Source of the DNA: the human T2T-CHM13v2.0 reference genome, Homo sapiens | Direction: 5' to 3' (one strand) | NCBI RefSeq assembly: GCF_009914755.1 | Contig: NC_060935.1 | DNA: 64,000 nucleotides | In this document: one piece after another, positions 1 to 13,450 of the stretch | Position numbering within the stretch: position 1 is the stretch's first letter | Layout of the letters: each line of letters starts with the position of its first letter | Notes under the pieces: model-generated | What the model was told of the DNA's origin: nothing | Seen by the model: only the letters and a program-made list of their open reading frames with translations | Databases searched by the model: none | Position numbers and translations under genes: made by a program

Positions 1-208
1 AATATTTTCGGTTAGAGTTTACCTTTGAGGAAAAAAGGGAGTCATTACTGGGAAGGAGTGTGAAGGGGGCTCCTGGAGAACTTGAGAGTGTTCTAATTTC
101 TTAAACTGGGTGGTAGTTACATGGGGTGTATTTACTTTGTGAAAACTCATCAAGCTATAAGCCTATGGTTTGTGCAGTTTTTTGGAGGTATGCCATACTT
201 CAATTAAA
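1..208 (+). mobile_element. Old L1M (L1MD/ME-like) 3' end
   Basis: ctgggtggtagttacatgggg...tttgtgaaaactcatcaagct...atacttcaattaaa resembles the mammalian-wide L1 3'UTR terminus. Confidence 0.7.
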
Positions 209-407
209 GCTCAGGAGTTTGAGACCAGCCTGGGCAACATGGTTAAACCCTGTCTCTACTAAAAAATACAAAAGAAATTAGCCGGGCATTGCGGTGCATG
301 CCTGTAGTCCCAGCTACTTGGGAAGGCTGAGGCAGGAGAATTGCTTGAACTCGGGAGGCGGAGGTTGCAGTGAGCAAAGATTGCACCACCGCACTCCAGC
401 CAAAAAA
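209..407 (+). mobile_element. Alu fragment, truncated at both ends
   Basis: caggagtttgagaccagcctgggcaacat, A-rich linker, ...gcactccagcc then a short A run. Confidence 0.92.
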
Positions 408-440
408 TCTCTCTCTCTCTCCCTTTCATCAATCTAATCA

Positions 441-724
441 ACAAGGTCTCACTCTGTTGCCCAGGTTGTGGTGTAGTGGCACTATCATAGCTCACTGTAA
501 CCTTGACCGCCTGAGCTCAAGCAGTCCTCCCGCCTTAGCCTCCTGAGTAGCGAGGACTACGAGAATGTACCACCAAATCTGGCTAATTTTCTATTTTTAT
601 TTTTGATAGAAACAGGATCTCTCTATGTTGACTAGGCTGGTCATGAACTTCTGGCACCAAGTGATCCTCCCGCCTCAGCCTCCCAATGTGCTGGGATTAC
701 AGGCATGAGACAATGAGCCTGGCC
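441..724 (-). mobile_element. AluJ-like element
   Basis: Antisense dimeric Alu ending in gcctggcc; J-type gctcaagcagtcctcccgcc. Confidence 0.9.
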
Positions 725-2344
725 AAAGATTACTTTTAAAAAATGATGCGGGTAGACGAGATCTCTTTATATGCTTTCAGCCTAGATATTTTAATCTGTA
801 GATTCAGAAATAAAAGATATTATGGATAACTCTTGTAATTCTAGAAGCATTAGGAGCCTTAGTCCCTGGAGTCATTCATATTTTATGAAAGCTATGAAAG
901 ACAATTAATAATTTATGTTATTCAAATACACATTTCTTTTAAAATCCCCTTGTTCCAAGAAGTGTGATGTTTTACCTCCTAAAACTTACAAAACAATTTC
1001 CTCTAAATGAGAAAATGAGCTTTATTTTGACTCTGGTGTAAATTAAAATGAAGAAATTGTATTTTTTAAATAAGGAGGAGCGTAGTCGTCATTCTGCTGT
1101 TCAGAGACATTTAACCTCCTCCCCACCCCAGTGAGTTTTAGTTTCTACTATAAACTTATGAGGTGGTTTGGTGGCCTTGGAATGTTGTGGAGATCTCTAC
1201 TCTTCATGCTATCTGATAGGACACTAAGAGCTATTGAATTGGCATTTATTTAGAATAAAGGAACACAAGGGTGATGAAAGGGACATTGGTCTGAGTGATC
1301 ATTATATGTGACTACTGTAACTTTATAAATTGAAATAGATGAATAGTAACTGACCATAGAAATTCAGAAACATACAAAGCTTGAAAGATCATCTAATAAA
1401 GAAGTGACTATCTTCCCATGAGGAGGCATATTCATTTGACTTACCTCATTCTTACCATAGATTCTGGTTATTTATTTATTTTTCCATGCGCATCTTATGT
1501 GAATTAAATATTTATTTATTTCCTTTCACCATCTACAGTCTAAAGGTACTTAGCCTCTGTAACGTACCTGGACTGTGTCTGGTCCAGTACTAAGAGTTTA
1601 CGATCTTATTAAGGGGGAAGTAGGCACTTTTTGTTAATGTAGCCTCATTTTTATCTTTACTTGAGGAAATAAATCTTTTATGATTCCAGATAAAATGTTA
1701 AACTTGGAAAATGCTGCAGAAATGGTATATACGTGATCTAAAAGTTCTTTTATCAAGAATTCTATCATTTATCTTCTTTGGATTATGAGATGATTACTGT
1801 TAGAATTAAGTGCAGTTGTTTTATTTTACCTATCTTGATTTTCAGCTATGTACATTAGTTTTCCCCCTTACTACAGATACATTTGATTTTTATTTCATAA
1901 AATTATCTCATTTCCTTCAGTTGGAAATGATATATATTCTCAAGCTCATCCATTTATTTATATTAGCACAGCTTTCTTTGGAAAGTATATTATCGGAAGG
2001 CTTCAGCCTCATTTAATTGCTTTTAACATGAGTTGTGCATGTCTGAATTCTAAACACAACTGCTATTGATCCCAGCCTCCTGGCATCCATCCAACCCTAA
2101 GATTTTTGCCCCACTCAGTAGAGCTAGTACATGATGTTTTTGTGGTTGGTACTTTGAGGAGAACAGAAAGTGAGAGAAGAAAAAAAATATTGTCCTCTCT
2201 AAGCAAAAGAGAAAAATGAGAGTGGATGGGTCTGTAGTCCATATTGTGAGTTCATCAGTAATGCTAGATCAGATTTTGGGCTTCAGTTCATTCAGCCTTT
2301 ATCATTTACTGCCAGGTTGTTAGAGCTCTCCTAAAAGAGCATTA

Positions 2345-2557
2345 GATTTGAAAAATACGAGGTCCAAATTCAGTTCTTGCCAGTAAGCTTTGGAATCCAA
2401 GGCAGTCATGTTTCCTCCGAGCCTCAGTTTCCTCTTTAGAATAACAGTAGTGGTGTTGCCTGCATTGCCAACCTTCCAGGGTTCTTGTGAAGATAATACA
2501 TGTGTTAGGGCTTTGTGAACTATGAATCACATTAAAAAATGTGAGCCATGATTAATT
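2345..2557 (+). mobile_element. MIR SINE
   Basis: Core gagcctcagtttcctc and gggttcttgtgaagataa. Confidence 0.7.
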
Positions 2558-2615
2558 AGCATTAGTATACGTTGCCTTTTTAGGCAGGTTCGTTCTCAGA
2601 TACTTAGGATTTAAC

Positions 2616-2792
2616 CAGTGGTTCAATCGCGGCTGGAAATCACTGAAAGATGTCTCAAAATGCCCATATCTAGCTTCCTCCATCCTTACCCTTCTCCCAT
2701 CAGAATCATTGGGGTAGGGGACTTACTTACATGTGTTCATGCAGTATATATGTATAATTATGATACTACTACTGCCCCATTAAGAACCAGTG
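2616..2792. mobile_element. MER5-like hAT-Charlie MITE
   Basis: Terminal inverted-repeat-like ends cagtggttcaa ... taagaaccagtg; ~180 bp. Confidence 0.5.
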
Positions 2793-2802
2793 GTCTATAT
2801 CC

Positions 2803-2883
2803 ATATATAGAATAAACTTTATATATATAGAATATATAGAATAAACTTTATATGTATAGAATATATAGAATAAACTTCTATAC
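2803..2883. repeat. AT-rich ~29-bp tandem repeat, ~3 copies
   Basis: atatatagaataaactttatatatataga repeated with few changes. Confidence 0.85.
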
Positions 2884-3158
2884 TTTTTTGGTGACAGGGT
2901 CTTACTCTGTTGCCCAGGCTGGAGTACAGTGGCGTGATCTTGGCTCACTGCAGCCTTGACTTCCCAGTCCTCAAGCGATTCTCCTGCCTCAGCCTCCTGA
3001 GTAGCTGGAACCACACCTGGATAATTTTGTTTATTTTTTTGTAGAGATGAGGTCTTCCTGTGTTGCCCAGGCTGGTCTCGAACTCCTGGACTCACGTGAT
3101 CCTCTCACCTCAGCCTTCCAAAGTACTGGGATTACAGGTGTGAGCCACCGTGCCTGGC
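2884..3158 (-). mobile_element. AluJ-like element with a small internal deletion
   Basis: Antisense Alu; TSD-like AACTT(C/T)TATACTT on both sides. Confidence 0.92.
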
Positions 3159-4134
3159 AACTTTTATACTTCTTACAACCCTGAGGTGCTAGGCCTTTTC
3201 CACTTTTGGTTTGGCTACACCCCCATGGCAGAATGTATACTAGAAGATATGAGGGTAAATGTAAGCCCAGTCTCTTAAATTAGTTACAAACTCAGCAAGC
3301 CCAAACTCTAGTTGTCTTTCAGTGTGCCTGATTGCAGTCAGTCTGTCACCTGTTGTTCTTAGCCTGACCCCTTTTCAACACCATCTAAAACCAATGCTGG
3401 GATATAAGGGCATCAGAATATGAGAGGTATGTTGCCAAGAGCCTTGTAAAACACAAGGAGCAGCAGGATTTGGTTTCTCCTTGACGGGTATACCTGTAAA
3501 TCCTGTTGTGTGTTCAGCTCAGTGTTGGAGGAAGGAGAGAGTGCTTCGAGTGATCACACTGGGAGAGAGTGGCCCTGGTGTGTTAGGTGGAACCAGTGCT
3601 GACTTAGAGGGTCCGACAGCCTGGGACCCTGATTTCTCATCCTGGTGATAGCAGTAGATCACTGTGTGGCCTTGAGCAAATATCTTAACTATGCTGCTTG
3701 AAGTGTCCAGGACTATATATCCTGTGGGGCCTCTTTTAGCTCTACAATTCTGATTTCTGTTTTTCAGGAGCCGATGAACTATTATCTGTCATTTTTATAT
3801 GCTTTCTAACCTTCCCATATAATATTTTTGAGGTGTGTCACTTATTCTGTATAGTATGTTTGCCAGTGGTTGAAATACAGCAGGAGACTAACCATTTCGG
3901 TAGAAAGGATTTGACTGGCCTCCTTGGGGCTTTTGGAAGGCGTCAGATTTGGGAGGGTCTTATCAGGTTTTTTTTACTGGCACACAAGAAGAATAACAGG
4001 AGCTGGAGAAATTGGTGAATCATAGAGGATCTCGAATACCAAGTTGAAGATTTGGGCTGACTCAGGAGAGTGTGGGGGATGCAGCGAGATTTTGAGGGGG
4101 AATGAAGCATAAGTGGTAGGATGATCCTAGAAGG

Positions 4135-4300
4135 ATTCATTTGTTTACTCTACGCATATTTCTTGAGTGCCCTACTATGTGTTACCCCTCATAATGCCAT
4201 GATAGAATTAACCTGCTCTAAGGAACCCACAGTCTAGTGGAGGAAATTTGTAAGTAGTGCAATATAATTAATACCATGATAGAGAAGTTTTGGGAGTTGT
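4135..4300 (-). mobile_element. L2 3' end
   Basis: attcatttgtt...ttgagtgccctactatgtg...cacagtctagtggagg. Confidence 0.6.
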
Positions 4301-4344
4301 CTACATATGTAATGATTGAATCCAAAGAAAAAAAATAATAAAAT

Positions 4345-4560
4345 GTCTATTTGGTATTTTCCATGTGTCGGGTAGTATTCTAAGTGCTAATTCCATGGGG
4401 AGTTTAAGTAATGTATTTTAAGTGTACAAACTTCAGCTCTTGAAGTTGTAGGTAATAATGTTATTCCCATTTAACAGAAGAAGAAATTTTAGTATAGAAG
4501 GTTGCATACCTGCTTGTGTGTAGTGGATTCAGAATTCCATTTTGGTAGTTGGACTCGGGA
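4345..4560 (-). mobile_element. MIR SINE
   Basis: gtaggtaataatgttattcccatttaacagaagaagaaa core. Confidence 0.6.
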
Positions 4561-5064
4561 GAGTGAATGAGAGAAAGAGCCAGGTCACAAATCCTGGGGA
4601 ACAGCAACAGTTAAGGAACAGGCAGATGAAAAGCAGCTAGGAAAACTGGTATATTTTTCAGGGAAGTATGAAAAGGGAATTTAAAGGAGGACTTGGACAG
4701 GAGTGCCAAATGCCACAAGGAGATGAAGTAGGTTGAGAGGATTCGGCAATGAGAGTATTATTTTTATGTTAATAGGATCAATTTTGTTTGCACTGTGTGG
4801 TTTAATGGGGCGGGCTGGAGCAGCTTGGAAGGTCACTTTGGAGACCATTTCAGTAGTTGAGATATTAAGTCCTGGGCAGGACTGTGGATAGGTGAAAAGG
4901 GCATTTTATTCAAGAAGTATACCTGTAAGATACCAGTAACTGAATGGAACATGGAGATATTAGGAGAGATGAGCCAAAGATCACCCTAAGGTTTCCAAAA
5001 CTTGGCATATATCATGTGCTGACTACTTTAGGAAGAACTAAGATCTGTAATAGAGGACAATTTT

Positions 5065-5245
5065 TAATAGCTGCCAGTATTGAACTATTGCATACCATAT
5101 ACTGTGCTAAGGCATGTCATTTAGTCCTCACATGTAGGTATTATCAATACATTTTGACAGATGAGGGACCTGGGGCTTAAGTAAATTAAATGTACTCAAG
5201 GACTGACATTTAGTAAGTGACTCCAAAATCTTAACATTTAGCTTC
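5065..5245 (-). mobile_element. MIR SINE
   Basis: cattttgacagatgagggacctggggcttaagt core. Confidence 0.65.
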
Positions 5246-7199
5246 TGTTCTGTAAGGCAGGTCAGTAAAAGATAAAATAATGGACATAATTATAGAAGCA
5301 CCACTTATGACTGGTATAAAGAACAGTTCAGAAGTTGGAGAGATTATTTTTGACTTGTAGGATTCACAAAAGAAAGCATCCCGGGGAGGGCATTTGAGTC
5401 AGGCCCTGAAGCATCAATCAAGATGAGTGTTTGTGAAAGTTCTTTCATAATAATGAACCGTGGAAATATTATAATAACAATAAGTGGGGTCAAATGTGCT
5501 AGGTTGACATCAAACAAAAGGAAACATTAAGTCACAGGTTATTACCAGCAGAATTTTACCTGGAAAGTAGAGATTCTTAAAGTGGAGCAGTACAAGTTAA
5601 AATAGAGGGTTTTGAATATTAATAATTATAATAAGTAGTTTGAGCTATATATAGTAAGCAGTAGTCACTGAAGAGTTGAGAGAAGTAGGAATGTGTGCTT
5701 ATGTACCCAGCTCATGTTTAAGTATTTTTGCATATGCATTTATTTAGTAGTTTGAGTAGAAAGTTTGAACTTTGAAGAGTAAGCCAGAGCTTCATTTGAC
5801 ACTCTACCTTGGGAAATGTTGGTTGTTCAATTTAGGCCAATAATTTTTAAAATTGAGATCTAGTCTCATCCATGATAAAATACCACACTGTTTTGAAAAT
5901 TAGCTACCATAGTCAAGAACCTGGAAGTGAACAAAATGCTTCTGTCAGTCAACATAGAAGTCATGACACCTGTGTGTATGGAGTACATTCATTCTGCCTC
6001 TGAGCAAGGCCCACACCCATACACACTAATTTTCATTTTAGTCATTCCTAACTAACATGGTTTTGTGAGTTATAACACTGCGGAAGATAAATAGCAAATT
6101 AGAACATGTAGTCTGTTAAAGGCCAGTCCCTTATCAGAAAGTGATGAAACATGATAATGGACAGCAAGGAAAATGTATAGGAAAATTATTAACAAAACAG
6201 ATATCATGACTTTAAAACACAGTGGCAGGGGCACAGAGCCCCCAGAAATCTCTCTGGACCCAGAGGGCACTACTTTATTATAACACTGATAGTTATAATG
6301 CTTTTCCTCAGACATCAAGGAAATAATAACTTATAATCTGTCTTCAGGCAGCCCTCCATATATGGTCTGACTTAAAGATCTCTTTCATTTGAATGGTAGC
6401 TTGAGGAAACTCCTAGTTTTCTAGATATTGTAGCTTTGCATATACTGAACCAGGTTCATTTTTCTTTTGCCTGCAGTTCTTAAGACTACTGACTATATTT
6501 CTTTACCTTGTCATAGAGGTTTGCAGTTAGGAAGAAGGGGCAGAAAAAAATTTTGGGGGGCCTCATGTCATTTAATACCTAATAACAAAGGACTTTCATA
6601 GCAGCATTGTGAAATACTGTTTGTGTTATCTCCATTTTTCAGATGAGGAAAGGAGACTCAAAGTTTAGGTAGAAGGGCATTCTGGGTGCAAGGAACATTA
6701 TCAGTATGGCTGGATGATTGAAGACCATGAAGGTATGGCTGTGGAAGAGTGAGGAGTTCAGTGTAGGGATTTCTACTTTTTTTTTTTTTGGCCTACACTT
6801 TAGAGTAAGAAATACATTTTCCATCCCTTCCCGCTAACATGTACATACAACATTAAAAGAAAAATTTCACAAAATGATAACTTACCTTATTTTTTGCCAC
6901 ATGCTCAGAATTTTCCATTTCATTCTATTTTCTTTTTATAAAATGATGGTCACAATCCACTGATGGCTTCATGATACACTGAGTTGATACTCTAATGAGT
7001 TTGATGGCACTGGTCTAATGTTAGTTGAAAGTGGATTATTTTATGGAGAGGCAAAGCTAAAGGGGTATGTTGTGGTTATATTCCAAATGTTTTCCTATGC
7101 CAATGTTCTCTGATATGGGCAACAAAAGTCCTTGAATTTGTGTCGGTTGCTAACATAACTATGTCTTTGTGGCAGTGCTGTAATATGACAATAATACCC

Positions 7200-7355
7200 T
7201 ATCAGAGCTCCCTAGCAGTTTGTGAATAACTTTCACGTATGTTATTTAATTCATTACCCATAATAACCTTGAGATGAAGGTAAGAGGAGCTTTCTATTGA
7301 GTTTATACAGATGAAAAAACTGAGGGTTAAAGAGGTAAATCCCCTAGCCACAATT
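7200..7355 (-). mobile_element. MIR SINE
   Basis: ttatacagatgaaaaaactgagggttaaagaggtaaa core. Confidence 0.7.
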
Positions 7356-8299
7356 AAGAATTAAGCTTTTTTTTTTTTTTTTTCCTGACTGCTTGACAGT
7401 GAGTAGGAGAAAAAGCTAAGGTAAACTCTCCTTTTTGAAAGTCTGGGCAAGAAATAATGATAAGGATGGACATGGAAGCGGGAGAAGTTAGATGAAGAAT
7501 TAAAGGAAAACCCAAATAATGGCTTGATGAATTTACTTGTATATTAAAAGCCATGCACACAATTCTAAACTCTGGTTCTTTCGTTTTTAAACCCGTTGTT
7601 TTTTTTTTTTGTTTGTTTGTTTGTTTTAGTTATCTTGTAAAATTCCAGCCCATTTACCTGGCAAGGCCAGGGCATAAGATTGCCATTATGCTCTGTCATG
7701 GCTTATGCTCGTTTTCATCACTCATCTTCTCTTTGAAAGGAGCTGAATTGAGAAAGCATTTTTCATTGTTTAATGTTGAAATCTAAAAATACTGATATTT
7801 GAACTTCAGAAACATATTTGAAATAAGACATGTCAGCAGGTCTTTTGTCAATTGTGAATTGTTACAGATGTGACTGAGTCTTCCATTTTGATGCAGATTA
7901 TTCTGCATTTTTATTGATAAGCTTTCATTAACATTTTATTTTGGGGGAATTTCTTATCCTTCTAAAATTCATTAAATGCATAAGTCTTGCTGTAAATTTC
8001 AGTCTGAGCAGACTGTGGATTATTCATGTTTACAAGTAAACTTCAAAATCTTTTTTTTGACAAGCAAAGTTTGATATGTTCAAACTTTTATGAGTCAGTA
8101 TATCGATACTGACTCAAAATAATGCTTTCTGCAATGTGTTCATTTTTTAAGATTTTAACTGAAATTTTGGCAGTAGAGATTTTTACTTTCATTATAGAAA
8201 ATTATGGTAAAATGTGGATATGAATTAGGAGAAGGCTGAAATGGAAGAACTTCATTCTTTCACTTGCTCAGGAGAAACCCTAGAGATAGCCTTCACTTC

Positions 8300-9290
8300 T
8301 TTCATTCTTATACTCCACCACAATTTATTAGTAAATCCTATTTGACTTTATCTTAAAAGTAGATGAGAAAATTTGGTGAAGTCCATATAACATCTGGAGT
8401 TTAGTTAATAGTAATATACCAGTGTTGGTTTCTTGGTTGGGAGAAATGGACTATAAAATTACAATAGGAGAAATCTGCGTAAGGGGTATATGGGAATTCT
8501 GTACTATCTTTGAAAGTTTCTTGTAAATCTACAGTTATTTAAAAATAAAAACTTTATTAAAAATAGATCCAGAGTTTAACCACTTTTTAACACTCCTGCT
8601 ATCCCTATCATCCAAGTCACCGTAATCTGTAACATGAATTACTAATTGTAACAGTCTTCTAACTAGTCTGCTAGTCTTCTTTCTCTTATCCTCCCACTCT
8701 TCTATCCCCAGTTTATTCTGAATTATAGTGGCCAGAATGAGCCTTTAAAAGTAAGTCGCATATTATAATTCTGTTCAGACCCCCATCCTTTAAGAGTTTC
8801 CCTGTCTACTTTGTCACAAAAGCTACAAAGTTCACATGTGATCTAGCTTCCAGCTCCTTCTCTGGTCTTATTTCCCACTGTTCTGTCACTAACTCTCTTA
8901 ACTTTAGACTGTCTAATTACTCCTCAAATGCACTAAGCAGATTCTGGCCTTCGCTCTTGGTATCACCACATAGCTATGTGATTTGTTTCCTTCCTGTCTC
9001 CAGATTTCTGCTAAAACATAACTTTACTAGAGAAGCATTCACTGATTTCCTGATGCAAAATAGCAACCTCCTCTTATCCTGTATTCTCTTACCTTGATAT
9101 ATTTTTCTCCATAGTACTTCTCTCTACCAGGCAATATATAAATACATACTAGTTTGTTGTTGCTTGTTTTTACTGTCACTAGAATGGGAAACTCAGAACA
9201 GGGACTTTGTTCTGTTCACTGCTGAATCACCAGTGCCTAGACCGATACGAACAAACAGTAGGTACTGAGTATTTATCGAGTGAAAGAAGC
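8300..9290 (+). mobile_element. L2 3' portion, interrupted by an L1 fragment
   Basis: Pyrimidine-rich L2 body ending gttcactgctgaatcaccagtgcctag...gtaggtactgagtatttatcgagtgaa. Confidence 0.75.
8365..8556 (+). mobile_element. L1MC-like 3' end nested in L2
   Basis: ggggtatatgggaattctgtactatctttg...aaaataaaa; TSD TTAAAA(G/A)TAGAT at 8353-8364 and 8557-8568. Confidence 0.75.
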
Positions 9291-10048
9291 AGTAACTCTT
9301 TAATACAGTTTCTTGTTTTCACTGTGACACTTCCAAAATAGTGTCAAAATTGAAGAATTATAGCATATTGTTTATTGAAAGGCATAATAACTCTAGGGAT
9401 GTTTCAGAATCCTTTCAGAGGCAGAACAGTAAAACAAAATAAAGAGGGGGAGGGCTAGAAAGCAATGTTACTGGACCCAGATAGATATTAGCACACATGG
9501 ACAATCTCTAATTATACACTTTGTGTCCAAGTTCATATGTAAACTGGAGCATTTTTTTTTTCTCCATAGAAAAGATGTTCTATACTGTGGTTGATTTCCA
9601 TTATCACTTAGGCTGCCCATGTACCATACAAACATGACACTTAGGTGAGTGAAAGGGGTTGCAGTGACTAATTGTACCAAAACAACTGTCCTGGGCAAAC
9701 CCAGGTATGATCACTTTAATTATAACTCAAAGATGCCTTCAGCTTCTATGGGAAAGGGCATCCTGCCCTCTGCTGGGGGCTTGGAACTCTGGAACACATA
9801 AGCTCCTGCTGGTAGAAAAATCTGAATTATAATGTAATGCCTCATTGCATTTGATTCATCCCCTTTTCTTTCCAGCATACTCTACTGGTCACCCTAGCAG
9901 TGAGAAAAGAAAGAAATATCTTTTCCTTCCACTGCTCTAGAATTAAAAACAAATTTCAGCTCTGCTTCCTTTGTACCCATCCATTTGCCCACACCCCAAC
10001 TCCATCCTCCTCCTTACCAGTCCCACGAATTTAAGAAATTGAGCTTTG

Positions 10049-10343
<295 letters not shown>

Positions 10344-12931
10344 TTAAGCTTTGATAGGGTGAATGCCTCCACCTTGTTTATGTATAAAGGAGTTTCAGTG
10401 AGTTACAAAGAAATTTAAGTTAACAAATGATTGCATTGCTAGTAGCAATTTACAAAAATGACATTCATTGCGACATTCTGAATTTGCCTTATGAGTTAAC
10501 TATCTTGCAGTAATCTTGATTCTTACTTTTGTTCTGTATGTTTTTAAACTCATCTTCTCAGTTGTTTCTGTGGATACCAAACAATGGTACAATATTATAT
10601 CAAGATAAATCACAAATACATAGAAGAGATTGATGACTAATTGTATTCAAAGTCAATTTTACATAATTAATTTTCCATTAAGTCGTTATTTGCATTGAAT
10701 ATCCTTTAAGATCATTGTGTTCTATCTTCCTGTCTATAAAACAAGCATTTTCTTTACTATGTTTGGCTATTTCAGAGAAAAGCAAATTGATACAAGCATA
10801 AAATACTTAAGAAAACAGCCCTCATTCCCTTGAAATTAGCACTTATGTAAGTTTGTGTAGGGGGGTGGAAGGATGCGGGTGTAGTTTATAAAAAGTATTT
10901 TAAGTTCCACAAAATCAGGGATACTTTGAGATAATATTCTCCCCAGGTTTAGACAGCTTTGGTTTGCAAAACAAACTTGTTTTAACAGCAAAAATAGGAG
11001 TCCATTTTGGTTCAGTGTGCTAGCTTCTCAACTGACTTTTATTATTTCTGGCACTAGTATCATTTGTTTCTTTTAGAAGAGTTTGTAAGTGAATTGTGGC
11101 ACCCAGTGGGATGTGTGTTTGTGTTTGAATTTGTGAAAATATTTGATAATATTTCTCTATAGCAGTGTTTTTTGGTGCAGATACAAATATGTTTTCTTAA
11201 AAATATGGATGCTAATTTCCGTTCCCCCCCCCCCTCCCATTTCCCTTTCTCTCACGGTCATTCTCTTTCCCTTCCATTCTTTCACTTTCCCACTCCTCCC
11301 ACCTCTTCTGCTCTCATCTTATAAAGACTTCTGAAAACTAGGAATTACCCTCGTTAAATATGGGCTGTGTTGTGACTTGAGATCAGGAGCCACTGCTCAG
11401 GAGGAGGCCTGGAATAAAATCTGTGAGTGTTTATAGAATAAACATCATGGGCATAATTCATATTTAAATCATCCTGAGTGCTCACACAATTGTGTATGAC
11501 TGTCACATGAATCAGTGCAAGATCAGCAAATTTTGCATTGTCATCTTGTGTTAGGGTAATATGGTATTTAAATTTGGACTAAGTGGCCCTTTTATTAGAG
11601 TAAAAAATTGAGTCATGGTATATTGTTTTTCCAGGTGGGTAGACAAGGATGTCTTAATTGTCTGAAGGTCAAGTTTGAGAAAAACTTGACATTTTGTCCA
11701 TAAGTAGGATGATATTTATCAAAAATGAGTATGTTGCCTCTGTCCCCTTGGGAACAAAAGTTATAATCTATTCTCTTTCTTCCTTTTCACTGTCAGCTTT
11801 AGATCTACAGACGTGTTATGCCTGATAGTTCAGAGAAAGATGTTTTTGAATGACTAAACAACCCCTTTATTATATGAGTAAGCCATTATAGGATTGTTTT
11901 CCCCTCCTAATCTGTGGTTATCTTTGTCTTGTAACATTGTTCTGCCTGTCCCAAGCAAGAAACCTTTTATCCTTCCGAGAACGCCTTCTTTTGGACAAAT
12001 TCTTTTGTGGTTTGCATCTTCTCTTTTTTCCTTATAAAGAATCTCAAATTTCTTTCATAAAACCTCTTCCCAGAGAGGTTAAATGACTGATTGTCCAAGA
12101 AGGAGAATTCAGACTTAAGGCCCTCTGACATACATGTACACTGTCTAGGCATTTTGTTTGAACCAGAACATCCCTCAAATGTTTTATTTGCAATACAAAG
12201 CTACTTATGAGAAAGTTTAGATGTCATTATAGTTTTTTTACAGCACAGACTGTAAATCACCAATCCCAAGTAAATTACTCTATTAATCTTTCATTCTTCT
12301 AGGTATTGGACTAAATTGGATCAAACAGTACATGAACTTGTTTCATTCAAATAATTGCAAAGAGTCTATTTCTGTTAGGTGTTGTCGCTAACCAAGTAGC
12401 TACCTACTTGACCTAAGGGAAGATGCATTCTATTTAATCTGCAAGATTGCCGTGAGTCAGAAGGTATATTGCTTTGTGTTATGTTTTCACAAAAGTAGAA
12501 AAAACAATAATTCTGCAGTGTTTTACAGCCACAGGATATGCAGTAAAATCAGTGGTTCACCAAAGATGACTGGACTTACGGGAAAAAAAATACCGTGTGT
12601 GATGATGATTAAAAGTTGCTTAAAATAAATTTTTTTTGAAAAGTTGCTTAGTGGAAAAATTGCATGACAATTAGAACTGTTGAGAAACAGAATGAGCCCC
12701 CTCATGAGGGAAGTGTGCTGCACACTCTCTCTACTTTAGATGCCATTCTCATTGAAGCAAGGGATTTCTCCCCTTAGTGGAAGCTTGGGTGAAACAGATC
12801 CCAAGGCCTTTCAAGACACTCAGAAGCTCATAATTCTGTTGATTACTCTACATTGGAAAGTAATCAGAAGCAGAAAACAACATATTATTTAGCAGAGAGT
12901 TATCCGTTAGCATGACAGTTACTTTTTAACC

Positions 12932-13057
12932 ATTTTTATTTTATTAATTTTTTTTTTTTTAAGTTGAGGTATTGCTTTGTTGCCCAGTCTGTTCTTGAAC
13001 TTCTGGCCTTAAGCCATCCTCCCACCTCAGTCTCCCAAAATGCTGGGACTACAAGTG
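12932..13057 (-). mobile_element. FLAM / Alu left monomer, 5'-truncated
   Basis: Poly-T then gttgcccagtctgttcttgaact...tgctgggactaca; TSD TGACAGTT(A/G)CTTTT. Confidence 0.85.
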
Positions 13058-13284
13058 ACAGTTGCTTTTAGAGTGGGTGCTCTGAGATATTTGAAGGTCC
13101 TTGAGAATAGTTGTATCTCTTTAGTAGCTCTAAAACCTTTCTAACCTCCTAACAAATCCAGCCTTACTTGACATCTCAAAAGCTCATTTCAGCCAGACTT
13201 GTTTTTTTTTAAACTGTCAATGCCAGAATAACGGGGTTTGAATTAGTGAAATGCTGCATTACTTCAGCTGAGTTCCTTTATTGG

Positions 13285-13450
13285 TGAAAAAGAGGCTCTG
13301 GAATCAGAATGTCTGGGTTTGAATTCTTGGGCCAGTTATTTAAACCCTTAGAGCAATTTCCCCATTTATATAATGAAGGTAAAAATAGTACCTATTTCAT
13401 AGCACTGTTTGGGGGATTAAATGAAGTAACGCATGTAAAGGTACCACAGC
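13285..13450 (+). mobile_element. MIR SINE
   Basis: ggctctggaatcagaatgtctgggtttgaattc...ggggattaaatga. Confidence 0.8.
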
